From a virus (taxonomy: Duplodnaviria > Caudoviricetes), in the IMG/VR virus record IMGVR_UViG_3300011444_000001, positions 1 through 51,884 of that record: a stretch of 51,884 bases of DNA; one strand, given 5' to 3'. Position 1 is the stretch's first letter. Every line of letters starts with the position of its first letter. The notes beneath the pieces were generated by a model that was not told the origin of the DNA, searched no databases, and saw only the letters and a program-made list of their open reading frames with translations. This document shows, piece by piece, positions 17,790 to 25,596 of this stretch. A program made the translations under genes and the position numbers.

Positions 17790-17930
17790 ATATCGCGTTG
17801 GGAGCCCTATCAAGGGTACGCGCAAGTGGTCGTAACACGGCCTGAGCATCCTCATCCCCTCCCAGGATGGCCGTGAAACTAGACAGGCCGAACGCTCAGA
17901 TAAGGCCAACTGTCAAGTCCTGGGAGGGAC
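17790..17930 (+). promoter_or_regulatory. Structured 5' leader with an anti-SD alternative pairing
   Basis: CCCTCCCAGGA (17857-67) is the perfect complement of TCCTGGGAGGG (17918-28, contains the SD); competing stems CACGGCC/GGCCGTG and ATCCT/AGGAT. Confidence 0.6.
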
Positions 17931-17939
17931 TATTCCACC

Positions 17940-18542
17940 ATGCCAGAACCTGAGGACGGGAGCCAGCGTAAGCTGACGCTCTCTGAGGTGGAGGAGGCTG
18001 TGCATGGGTTTGCGCTGCAATACGCTAAGGCGCACACCTCGTTGCCAGTCACTGCGTTCAGGGTGTTTCTCTGGCCGGGCTCGTTCATCTGTAAGGTGAC
18101 ACCAGGCCCGACGGCGAGAATCATTCTGGGTAACTCAGCGATGCCCGGCGGAGCAGATTTCCCAGATGCGTTGAAGAGAGCCATCGACCGCGTCTGGACG
18201 CAACGGCTGTACAGCACGATGGCTGTCGAGCTTGTCGCGCATGTCTACGAGCGCGATGCAAGTTGGAGGCGCTGGTTGAAGGAGCGGTACAATTTCGACA
18301 GGGAGCTGATCCCGCATATGCTAGGCGATGAGGAGCTGTCGGTGCGGCACGTCGAGCGCATCGAGGTAATTCACAAGCCTACCGGCTTGCGCGAAGTGAT
18401 CGAGGTGGAGCCTGGCGCGAAGCGGAGCACATTCGCCGCGCAGGACATTGCCAAGATGCGCCTCGCTCGGCGCGTCCACGAGCAGCACCTCGCAGAACAG
18501 CAGAAGAAGGACAACGAGATCCCTTTTCCAGTGAGCGCGTGA
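17940..18542 (+). CDS. Protein with a C-terminal peptide release factor domain-3-like region lacking GGQ
   Basis: ERIEVIHKPTGL...RSTFAAQDIAKMRLARRVH aligns by eye with RF1 [12 protein letters not shown]...[19 protein letters not shown]; the GGQ loop is absent. Confidence 0.55.
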   Translation: MPEPEDGSQRKLTLSEVEEAVHGFALQYAKAHTSLPVTAFRVFLWPGSFICKVTPGPTARIILGNSAMPGGADFPDALKRAIDRVWTQRLYSTMAVELVAHVYERDASWRRWLKERYNFDRELIPHMLGDEELSVRHVERIEVIHKPTGLREVIEVEPGAKRSTFAAQDIAKMRLARRVHEQHLAEQQKKDNEIPFPVSA

Positions 18543-18552
18543 ACTAAGAACT

Positions 18553-18774
18553 GGGGCCTCGGTTCTCCCTCGTTGAGCGCCCAGGGCTGAGGCTTAAACA
18601 GAGAAGTGTAGGGTCAAGCGAGGCAGCGGCTTCTCTGCCCAGGAAAATTGTCTGGGGAGCAATGGGGCTGTTCTCCAACAACCTGTCCCCCGACTGGCTA
18701 GGTCGAGATCATTGGCACAGAGCTGATGGCTCGTAAAGTGGTTGCCACGACAACCATTATCCTACGCCAGCTCC
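18553..18774 (+). ncRNA. Putative structured RNA (series of hairpins)
   Basis: GCCTCGG/CTGAGGC, CAGAGAAG/CTTCTCTG, CCCAG/CTGGG, GAGCTG/CAGCTC, TGGTTG/CAACCA; no ORF of 60 aa or more. Confidence 0.5.
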
Positions 18775-18864
18775 GACGCGAACAGCACTAGCTGATGGGA
18801 ATGTATCTCATGTTTACGGCCATCTTCATGAGGTATATGGCAGGTTCGATTCCTGCTCGCGTCT
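18775..18864 (+). ncRNA. tRNA-like RNA without a canonical anticodon arm
   Basis: Acceptor GACGCGA/TCGCGTC; canonical T-arm GCAGG-TTCGATT-CCTGC; CAGC/GCTG hairpin; 11-bp stem with a 14-nt loop. Confidence 0.75.
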
Positions 18865-18865
18865 C

Positions 18866-19056
18866 TCGACCGTCACGCATGCAAAGGTACAGCTAACTGT
18901 CACCGGGCTTCAAGCCTCCCTCCTTCGGGTACGGAGCAGTCATAGGTGATTAGGCCGCGATAACATCTAGAGCCCTGTTAGCAGCCTGCGAAGCCCGCTA
19001 CGCCCGAGGCTTACCAGCGCAACATATCGGGCAGGGAACAAGGCTGGGGCGGTCGA
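18866..19056 (+). ncRNA. Putative ~190-nt multi-stem ncRNA
   Basis: Closing TCGACCGTC/GGCGGTCGA; inner CGGGCTTC/GAAGCCCG, GCCCGA/TCGGGC and TAACA/TGTTA. Confidence 0.6.
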
Positions 19057-19060
19057 ACCT

Positions 19061-19149
19061 GGCGAGGTGGCTGACTATCGGCAAGTCACGACGGACTGTA
19101 AATCCGTTGCTCTGTTGAGCGTTGAGGGTTCGACTCCCTCCCTTAGCCA
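19061..19149 (+). tRNA. tRNA-Tyr(GTA), atypical acceptor stem and D region
   Basis: Anticodon arm ACGGA-CTGTAAA-TCCGT; long variable arm GCTC/GAGC; T-arm GAGGG-TTCGACT-CCCTC; acceptor GGCGAGG/CCTTAGCC needs a bulged A. Confidence 0.8.
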
Positions 19150-19152
19150 TCA

Positions 19153-19177
19153 CTCATCTTTAGGGAGTAAATATGAG
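19153..19177. promoter_or_regulatory. 25-bp dyad motif covering the RBS and ATG of the next ORF
   Basis: CTCATC TTTAG GGA GTAAA TATGAG. Confidence 0.75.
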
Positions 19178-19310
19178 ACCAGTTGAAGAAGTAATTTTGG
19201 GACTCACTATGGTATACGAGCGTGGCCCCAGGACACAGGCGCGGCGCGATCAACTCATGCGCGTTGTTGCGTGTGTTCTCGATTACTTCATTCCAGTGGA
19301 GCAAGCATGA
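19173..19310 (+). CDS. Small hypothetical protein (45 aa)
   Basis: Manual translation MRPVEEVILG...; GGGAG RBS; ATGA overlap with the next ORF. Confidence 0.5.
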   Translation: MRPVEEVILGLTMVYERGPRTQARRDQLMRVVACVLDYFIPVEQA

Positions 19311-19423
19311 GCCGCCGTCGTGGCAAGAACAAGGTGGCTTGGGGACAAGGCAAGCATCGCAAGGCGCGGATCAAGCGCTTCGCCGCTCGCAATCCTGACT
19401 CGAAGAAAGTAGGAAAGAAATGA
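19307..19423 (+). CDS. Very basic 38-aa peptide
   Basis: MSRRRGKNKVAWGQGKHRKARIKRFAARNPDSKKVGKK; GGAG RBS; ATGA overlaps on both sides. Confidence 0.55.
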   Translation: MSRRRGKNKVAWGQGKHRKARIKRFAARNPDSKKVGKK

Positions 19424-19680
19424 GTCGCCGTGTATTCAGCAAGCCTCTGTCCGATGAAGGACGTGAGAACTATGACCGTATCTTCGGCCCACGCAAGAAG
19501 AAGGCCGAGGTTCTGGGTACACTGGAGGTGCTTGCTGATGGGCCACACGGATATGCGGACATCTGGTCTGTCCCGCCGATTCCTGCTGATCCTGGACGAT
19601 CCGCAGATGCCGGAGGCAGAAAACTGGCCGGTGGAGCAAAAGGTCACGCTCCTAAAGCAGACAACCGACGCCGATCCTAG
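19420..19680 (+). CDS. Hypothetical protein
   Basis: GRENYDRIFG motif common in small phage proteins; coupled start. Confidence 0.5.
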   Translation: MSRRVFSKPLSDEGRENYDRIFGPRKKKAEVLGTLEVLADGPHGYADIWSVPPIPADPGRSADAGGRKLAGGAKGHAPKADNRRRS

Positions 19681-19978
19681 CATCGTCCGCTACGCCATCA
19701 TCAATTCGGAGATGAGAGGAAAGGCGCAGAGCTTTTTCCTGCTCCATATGATGGCGTTTATCACTCATGATTATCACGAGAACCAAGATGAAGATAGTGC
19801 TCAAGAAAGTGAGTCAGGCGGGGAACAATTGCCTGGCTGATCTATACTTCGACGAGGTGAAGGTGAACGTTGCAGGGCACCTGATGATGAGCGTCAGTGA
19901 GTTCGAGACGTTCTCACAGATGCTCATTTGCGCGCAGAACGAGGGCTTTCCAGAAGTGGAGGTCACGGTCAGCGAGGC

Positions 19979-20007
19979 TTGACAAATCGACCCGAATGTG
20001 TTATATT
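19979..20007 (+). promoter_or_regulatory. Strong sigma70-type promoter for the helicase
   Basis: TTGACA-17 nt-TATATT with TG extension. Confidence 0.8.
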
Positions 20008-20036
20008 GACAGGTCCTTAAATAGCTGAGGCACAAA

Positions 20037-22271
20037 GTGGTGCCCGAAAGTGAAGAGACGTTGACCGACGCAGAAATCCTTATCCAAGATGCGGAGACAG
20101 AGCTAGAGCGTCTCCGTGTTGAAGGTGAGGAAGCGCGTCTTAAACTTGAGCAACTACGTGCAAACTACCGCGAGGTAGCTGAGAGGAAAGCTGCTCTCGC
20201 ACGCAGGCTTGCTGACGACAAGCGCAAGGTTGAAGCTGAAGAGTTGGAGCGGACGAGACAAGAGGCACTCGCGCGCCCGACTGAAATCCGCGCTTGTGAT
20301 TTCGACATGTTCTTCGTGAATGTCAAGGTTCTCCCGGACCTTCGCGAGGACATCACCAATCTGCTCCGCGGCATCTACGGTCGCCAGTTCGACGCATACA
20401 CTGGTGTCAACCGTATCCCTGCTGAGTACTGGAAACAATTCCGCGAGCAAGTAGTCAACCTCAAGAACGTCAAGCTCACACATCTGATGGGTGTCGAGGC
20501 GAAGATCACTCGCTTCGAGACACTACCAGATTTCCTCATCGAGCTTGATGGCAAACAATTCAAGATCACATCTCACCCGAAAGCTCCCACTAATTTGTTG
20601 AGGGATATTCCTGGCGCGGAGTACTTCCGTGACAAGCTCTACTGGAATGTTCCTTACACTGAGGGCTGGCGCGTATACAATGCGTTGGACGGCTACAAGG
20701 GTGATCGTGGCGCAGTCTGGAAGGATGACGCGCTGAAGCTGGTCGAAGCTGAGATGGAACGTCGCACCAAGATGGATACCATTGCCCTTCAACAGGACTC
20801 CGACCTTGTCATCCCCTTCCTCAATGGTCACACTCCACGTCCCTTTCAGAAGGTGGGAGTTGAGTTTATCAATCTCTCGAATGGACGCGCCCTTGTTGCT
20901 GACCAGATGGGACTTGGAAAGACTTGGGAGGCAATCGGATACGCTCTCCTGCACAATCTCAGAGTCGTTGTTATCTGCCCTGCCCATCTCAAGGCTAATT
21001 GGTCACGTGAGATCATCCAGCTCACCGGAGAGATTCCAACTATCCTGCAAGGTAGGGAACCTGACGACTTTGCTGTCCAAGCCCTCCTTCTGAAGAAGCC
21101 TCGGTGGACGATCATCAACTACGATATTCTCGGAGCTAAGACACAAACACCAGAGAAAGTCACGGTTGATGACAACGGCCTCAAGCATATCACTCCGCCG
21201 AAGGATCGTTACCTGTGGGCTGACCTGCTTAACATGAGTAAGCCCGATCTAATCATCACCGACGAAGCCCATTACACAAAAAACACCGATTCTAATAGAT
21301 CGAAAGCTGTCCGTCTCCTGAATCCTGCACACCGCCTCGCGCTCACAGGTACGCCAATATTGAATCGTCCAGGCGAATATTGGGCGATCCTCAATTGGCT
21401 CCGGCCTGAGTTGTTCCCTAACGAGGACAAGTTCATCTATCAGTACACATACAACGGCAAGACCGCCAAGAACACCGCAGAACTCAGGGAAGTGTTGAAG
21501 CCCATCATGATCCGTCGGCTCAAGAAGGACGTGGTCAGTGAGCTGCCGCCAATCAATCGTATCTACAATCTCCATGAGCTGTCATCCACCGGGCGAGAGA
21601 TGTATAAGAAGGTTCTCGCTGGTGTATACGAGAAGATCGACTCATTTGGGAACAAGGTGGAGCAGAACATCACGTCGATCCTCGCTGAAATCGGTAAGCT
21701 CAAGGAGGTCTGTGCTCATGACAAAGTTGATGCGGTGGTCGATCTGGCAGCTGAGTTGTACGACACGGAACAGGATGCGACGGACGCGAAGCTTGGAAAT
21801 AAGAAGGTGCTCATTTTCAGTCAGTATAAAGATGTGGTACGCAAGATTGCCTTACGGCTCGGAAGAGAGGCAATCTACTGGACCGGCGACACCGCGTTTG
21901 AGGAGCGCACCAGGCTTGAGAATGAATTCCAGACCAATCCTGATGTTCATTTCCTTGTTGTATCGCTCATGACTGGTCAGACTGGCCTGAACCTCACAGC
22001 GGCCGGTCACGTTGTCTTCGCGGACCTCTACTGGACTCCTGCTGCACACGCCCAGGCTGAGGAACGAGCCTACGGGCGCCTCTCTAACATGCACGGTTGC
22101 GACAGCTATTACCTCGTCGCGACAGACACAATCGAGGACTGGATTCAAGAGTTGCTCGCCGCGAAGCTCCAGACCATCAACGCGGTGGTCGAGGGTATCG
22201 ACGCCGAGCGAGACCCAGCCATCGGAATGGAAATCATCCGCAAGCTCAGGGAAATGAGGAACAGTCTATGA
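20037..22271 (+). CDS. SNF2-family (SMARCAL1/HARP-like) helicase
   Basis: ADQMGLGKT, DEAH, LTGTPILN, motif VI QAEERAY; HARP-like IPGAEYFRDKLYWNVP. Confidence 0.92.
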   Translation: MVPESEETLTDAEILIQDAETELERLRVEGEEARLKLEQLRANYREVAERKAALARRLADDKRKVEAEELERTRQEALARPTEIRACDFDMFFVNVKVLPDLREDITNLLRGIYGRQFDAYTGVNRIPAEYWKQFREQVVNLKNVKLTHLMGVEAKITRFETLPDFLIELDGKQFKITSHPKAPTNLLRDIPGAEYFRDKLYWNVPYTEGWRVYNALDGYKGDRGAVWKDDALKLVEAEMERRTKMDTIALQQDSDLVIPFLNGHTPRPFQKVGVEFINLSNGRALVADQMGLGKTWEAIGYALLHNLRVVVICPAHLKANWSREIIQLTGEIPTILQGREPDDFAVQALLLKKPRWTIINYDILGAKTQTPEKVTVDDNGLKHITPPKDRYLWADLLNMSKPDLIITDEAHYTKNTDSNRSKAVRLLNPAHRLALTGTPILNRPGEYWAILNWLRPELFPNEDKFIYQYTYNGKTAKNTAELREVLKPIMIRRLKKDVVSELPPINRIYNLHELSSTGREMYKKVLAGVYEKIDSFGNKVEQNITSILAEIGKLKEVCAHDKVDAVVDLAAELYDTEQDATDAKLGNKKVLIFSQYKDVVRKIALRLGREAIYWTGDTAFEERTRLENEFQTNPDVHFLVVSLMTGQTGLNLTAAGHVVFADLYWTPAAHAQAEERAYGRLSNMHGCDSYYLVATDTIEDWIQELLAAKLQTINAVVEGIDAERDPAIGMEIIRKLREMRNSL

Positions 22272-22939
22272 AACTCCGTGAACTGCTGGAAAAATGTAAC
22301 ATCGTTGCCTACGGAGGTGACGGTGCGAAAATGCTCCTGGACTACGAACTCGTGGCGCACCCTGGCGATGGTGGACAAGCAGATAATGTAGTAGATATAC
22401 AGCTTGTTCACGAGGTACACTCGATCTATCTGGAGTATGAATGAAGGTCGCCTCGCACAACCCACACATGAGCGAGATAATCGCTGACTATCGTGGAGCA
22501 TTTATGACCCAAGGCGAGAAGATCAAGGCTGTCGCCAAGATTCTGAAGAGTCACTTCACGAATCTCACTGTCGAACAAACCATCGACATGGCTGTCGAGA
22601 TCGTGCAAGCACTTGAATGAGTCGCCGTGAGTACAGCCCGCCAAAAGCAAACGAAGACGCCGTCTCTGACTTGGTGACGGAACTCTATGTGAAAGTGCGC
22701 GAGGCTGTCCACGGCGACCCCAAGGCTCGTGAAGATGCAAGGAAGTTGTGCAGGCAAATCTTAGCCCGATTAGGATAAGGAGGTAAGGTGAAAGTCTGGG
22801 AGCTTCGTAACCTGTTGGATGATCTAGGCGATGATGTCGAGGTCACCGTACAGACTGACGACGGCGAGTACGAGGTCGCGGGAGTGAAGCCGCTGCCTGC
22901 GTCAAGCTCGGCAACGATCATTCTTGGAGATCTTCAGGA

Positions 22940-23203
22940 GTGAACGAGGTGCGATCGTACCCGTATAAGTGTACTTACTGTGCGCGTACTGGTAAGTATA
23001 AGGCCCGCGAAATCGGAATCGCGCTGGACTTCAGGTGTCCTCACGATGGGTCGAAGCTGACGTTTCAGGAACCAATACTCATGATTGATGCTGGTTCCGA
23101 GAACGGTATACAGGTGATCGAAGCACCAGCACTAGTGAAAGAGGTGATCGAGTTCGTACATCATCTATCGGATGCAATCGTCAGTAAACTGCGGAACGCT
23201 TGA
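22940..23203 (+). CDS. Zn-ribbon hypothetical protein
   Basis: CTYC...CPHD; AGGAG RBS. Confidence 0.5.
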   Translation: MNEVRSYPYKCTYCARTGKYKAREIGIALDFRCPHDGSKLTFQEPILMIDAGSENGIQVIEAPALVKEVIEFVHHLSDAIVSKLRNA

Positions 23204-23223
23204 ATTTACTAGCTAAAGACAAG
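23199..23223. promoter_or_regulatory. 25-bp dyad motif abutting an RBS
   Basis: CTTGAA TTTAC TAG CTAAA GACAAG. Confidence 0.75.
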
Positions 23224-23232
23224 GGGGAATTT

Positions 23233-23508
23233 GTGCCAACGGTTAGCGTCACGGACAAGCTCAAGTCTGCGCTCGGGTACGCGACGTTCCCGAACAAGGA
23301 GATGAAGGAGCAGGCGATGAAGCTCATCGACTCGCACCGCTCCGACCTCCACGATGTCGGGTACGAGCCCAGCACCAGGACCGAGGACGAGATCAAGGAA
23401 CTCGACCGGGTCCTCAACGAGTACGACGAGCGCAACACCCTGGATCGCGAGGTCCTGAAGGAAGCGATCAAGGAGTCCAAGGAAGAAGAGGAAGCTGGAC
23501 AGGTCTGA
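23233..23508 (+). CDS. Acidic hypothetical protein
   Basis: GTG start after AAGGGGG; strong codon bias. Confidence 0.6.
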   Translation: MPTVSVTDKLKSALGYATFPNKEMKEQAMKLIDSHRSDLHDVGYEPSTRTEDEIKELDRVLNEYDERNTLDREVLKEAIKESKEEEEAGQV

Positions 23509-23885
23509 TGAACGAGGATCGCAACTACAAGACCTTCTCGATAAGGGTGGAGACTCCTGACGGTACTATGTTCGTCCACATTCTGGAGGACGAGAACGAG
23601 GTACCACAGCAAGTCATCATCAACATCGGGAAGGCTGGAACGAACCTGACAGCGTGGGCTGACGCTGCTGCGAGACTCGTATCGAGGTTACTCCCGAACG
23701 TTCACGGAGTAATCGAGGAGTTAACAGGTCTCACGACCGCTCGATACAGTCGCCTGCCGAAGGGCGAGATCATCCATTCGGGACCGGAAGGCATCGCATA
23801 CGCCTTGCTGAAGTATCGTGGAGCAAGGTACAAGGACAACAAGCATCAGCGGAGGAGCGGTGCCGCATCCGTCGGAGAGGAATAG
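23508..23885 (+). CDS. Stand-alone TSCPD-like domain (class II ribonucleotide reductase C-terminal domain)
   Basis: RVETPDGTMFVHI...INIGKAG...ADAAARLVSRLL...IEELTGL...HSGPEGIAYAL. Confidence 0.7.
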   Translation: MNEDRNYKTFSIRVETPDGTMFVHILEDENEVPQQVIINIGKAGTNLTAWADAAARLVSRLLPNVHGVIEELTGLTTARYSRLPKGEIIHSGPEGIAYALLKYRGARYKDNKHQRRSGAASVGEE

Positions 23886-24165
23886 ATGTTCAGCTACTCC
23901 AAGTTCGAGGGACTGACGACGCCCTGGTTGTGGCTCGACGCGCTACTCTGTCGAGTCTTCGGTCACCCAGGACGAAGCTATTTCTTTGGTGAAAATCTTG
24001 AGGATGAGCAATGTGCCCGATGCGTGAAAGCGAGAAAGAAGAAGAAATCCCCTCTGGCTGGTGGGTAGAGGAACATCAGAGGGGCGCGAAGGAACTCCTG
24101 ATAATCCATAAGGGCGTTGAGCCGAAGGGCTCCGTCGAACTGGATACATACGAGGAGAAGGCAGC

Positions 24166-24513
24166 GTGGACCAAGATGATAGCTCAACTGAATTCGATCT
24201 TGCTCGAATCCTAGAGTTCGCCAAGACGGATCGGAACGGGCCAGGTGATCGAACGAAGCGAGTGTTTACTCACCTCGCAAAGTCAGGCCAGTTCACGAAC
24301 TGGGACCTCATCTGTTTCTGCGCTGAGTACCTAGCGAGTCAGGTCGGTACGCTGCCGTGGCTTGAGCCGCCCGCCAAGTGGCTCATTCGGCTAGTATACA
24401 TGGCGCATTACATTCGCTTCGAGAAACACGAATGGCTGGATCGTTCTCCCATTTTGGTACCGGGTCAGTCGAGCGAGAAGGGCTCAGATGGGGAGTCCAC
24501 TACTGGCCCATAG
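24166..24513 (+). CDS. Hypothetical protein
   Basis: Part of the overlapping plus-strand ORF chain. Confidence 0.5.
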   Translation: MDQDDSSTEFDLARILEFAKTDRNGPGDRTKRVFTHLAKSGQFTNWDLICFCAEYLASQVGTLPWLEPPAKWLIRLVYMAHYIRFEKHEWLDRSPILVPGQSSEKGSDGESTTGP

Positions 24514-24763
24514 CTGGATTCAAGATTCACTTCACTGACGAGGCCGGGTACAGGCACATCGACCCGAAATGTGAAGAAGATCTGAAGGCGGCTATCTATG
24601 CTTGGGGAGGACCGAAGCCGTCGCTCATCTCTCGCGCGAAGCTAGACTTCGATCGTGAGAAGTTAGAGTTCATGATCATGTATGTGGAGAAACGTCACGA
24701 CACAGAGTTTGGGCGAGCGCCAGATGAATTGAGAGAGGACGAAGTGATGCATCTCGAGAGTGA

Positions 24764-25255
24764 ATGATGGGTTACTCCAAGAACGAAGCCTCAATCAATC
24801 GAGTGAAGTCGCTGTTAGATCAGATGGTGAAAGCCAACACTGATCTGACGTGGCCGACCAAGGATGCCCACATGCTCGGGTATCACTTGAGGGAAGCCAT
24901 GACCCTCGCCAAGAGGATTGGCAAGGCACCCTACGAGACACTGAAGGATAAGTTCACGATCCGTAATCGCGGCGATAAGGTTGTCGCGGAGCTGAAGATC
25001 GTGGAAAGTGTACAAGCGTTGCAGCAACTCATGAGTAAGATGGAGCTTCCAGAGGTACACACGATAGTCGAGATCGTGGGAGCGGCCATCTCTCATGACG
25101 CAGGACAGATCTATTTCCCTGACGCAGTACTCTCTACCGAGGATTCAACCGAGCTTTACGGATGGACCAGTAAGCACGGTTACTTCCTCATCGTAGCGGA
25201 GGTTGGAGTGACAATCACGAAAGAAGATCCAGGCGAGGTTGCATGGACGCCTTGA
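24764..25255 (+). CDS. Hypothetical protein
   Basis: 163-aa ORF with a coupled start. Confidence 0.6.
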   Translation: MMGYSKNEASINRVKSLLDQMVKANTDLTWPTKDAHMLGYHLREAMTLAKRIGKAPYETLKDKFTIRNRGDKVVAELKIVESVQALQQLMSKMELPEVHTIVEIVGAAISHDAGQIYFPDAVLSTEDSTELYGWTSKHGYFLIVAEVGVTITKEDPGEVAWTP

Positions 25256-25596
25256 GCAATGGTGTAAGAGTTTTCGTCACCAATTATGCTGGTCACGACT
25301 ACTCGGCCTTGAACAAGTACGGCAAGCAGATGTTCATTACCAAGGGCTTCATCTCTTTCCAAGGCTTGGATAGGGTGAAGTTTCAGGTAGCACAAGGGAT
25401 GCTGGAATCCACCTCGGAAGATTGGCTGGCGTTGAGTGGTACGAACATTCTCAATGTCATCGCCGCCGTCCTCTGGTTTAATAAACACGGTAAGGTGAAG
25501 GTCCTGAACTACGACAAAGAGTCTCGGCAGTATCGTGAGCTTATCCTAACAGGTGAGAATAATGCCCAGCTCTTCGCAGTCCTCTCTGAATCCTGA
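25243..25596 (+). CDS. Small Rossmann/CARF-like hypothetical protein
   Basis: VRVFVTNYAGHDYSALNKYG...EDWLALSG...KVLNYD alpha/beta pattern. Confidence 0.5.
   Translation: MDALSNGVRVFVTNYAGHDYSALNKYGKQMFITKGFISFQGLDRVKFQVAQGMLESTSEDWLALSGTNILNVIAAVLWFNKHGKVKVLNYDKESRQYRELILTGENNAQLFAVLSES

Noticed and set aside
17829-17863. 16S rRNA 3'-end mimic (GTCGTAACA followed by an anti-SD-like tract)
   Set aside because: A 9-mer match is plausible by chance in 52 kb, and the anti-SD is already explained by pairing with the gene's own SD
17836-17914. Pistol or hammerhead ribozyme
   Set aside because: The P1/pseudoknot/P2 topology is pistol-like but the GCG, P3 and GU cleavage site are absent; CTGAGCA breaks the hammerhead CUGANGA core
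18664-18774. tmRNA (GGGGCTG...CAGCTCC resembles the tmRNA acceptor stem)
   Set aside because: Only ~110 nt, no T-arm before CAGCTCC, no tag ORF or CCA, and CAGCTC pairs locally with GAGCTG
19061-19149. Suppressor tRNA or stop-codon recoding
   Set aside because: The anticodon is GTA, and the core genes are intact in the standard code
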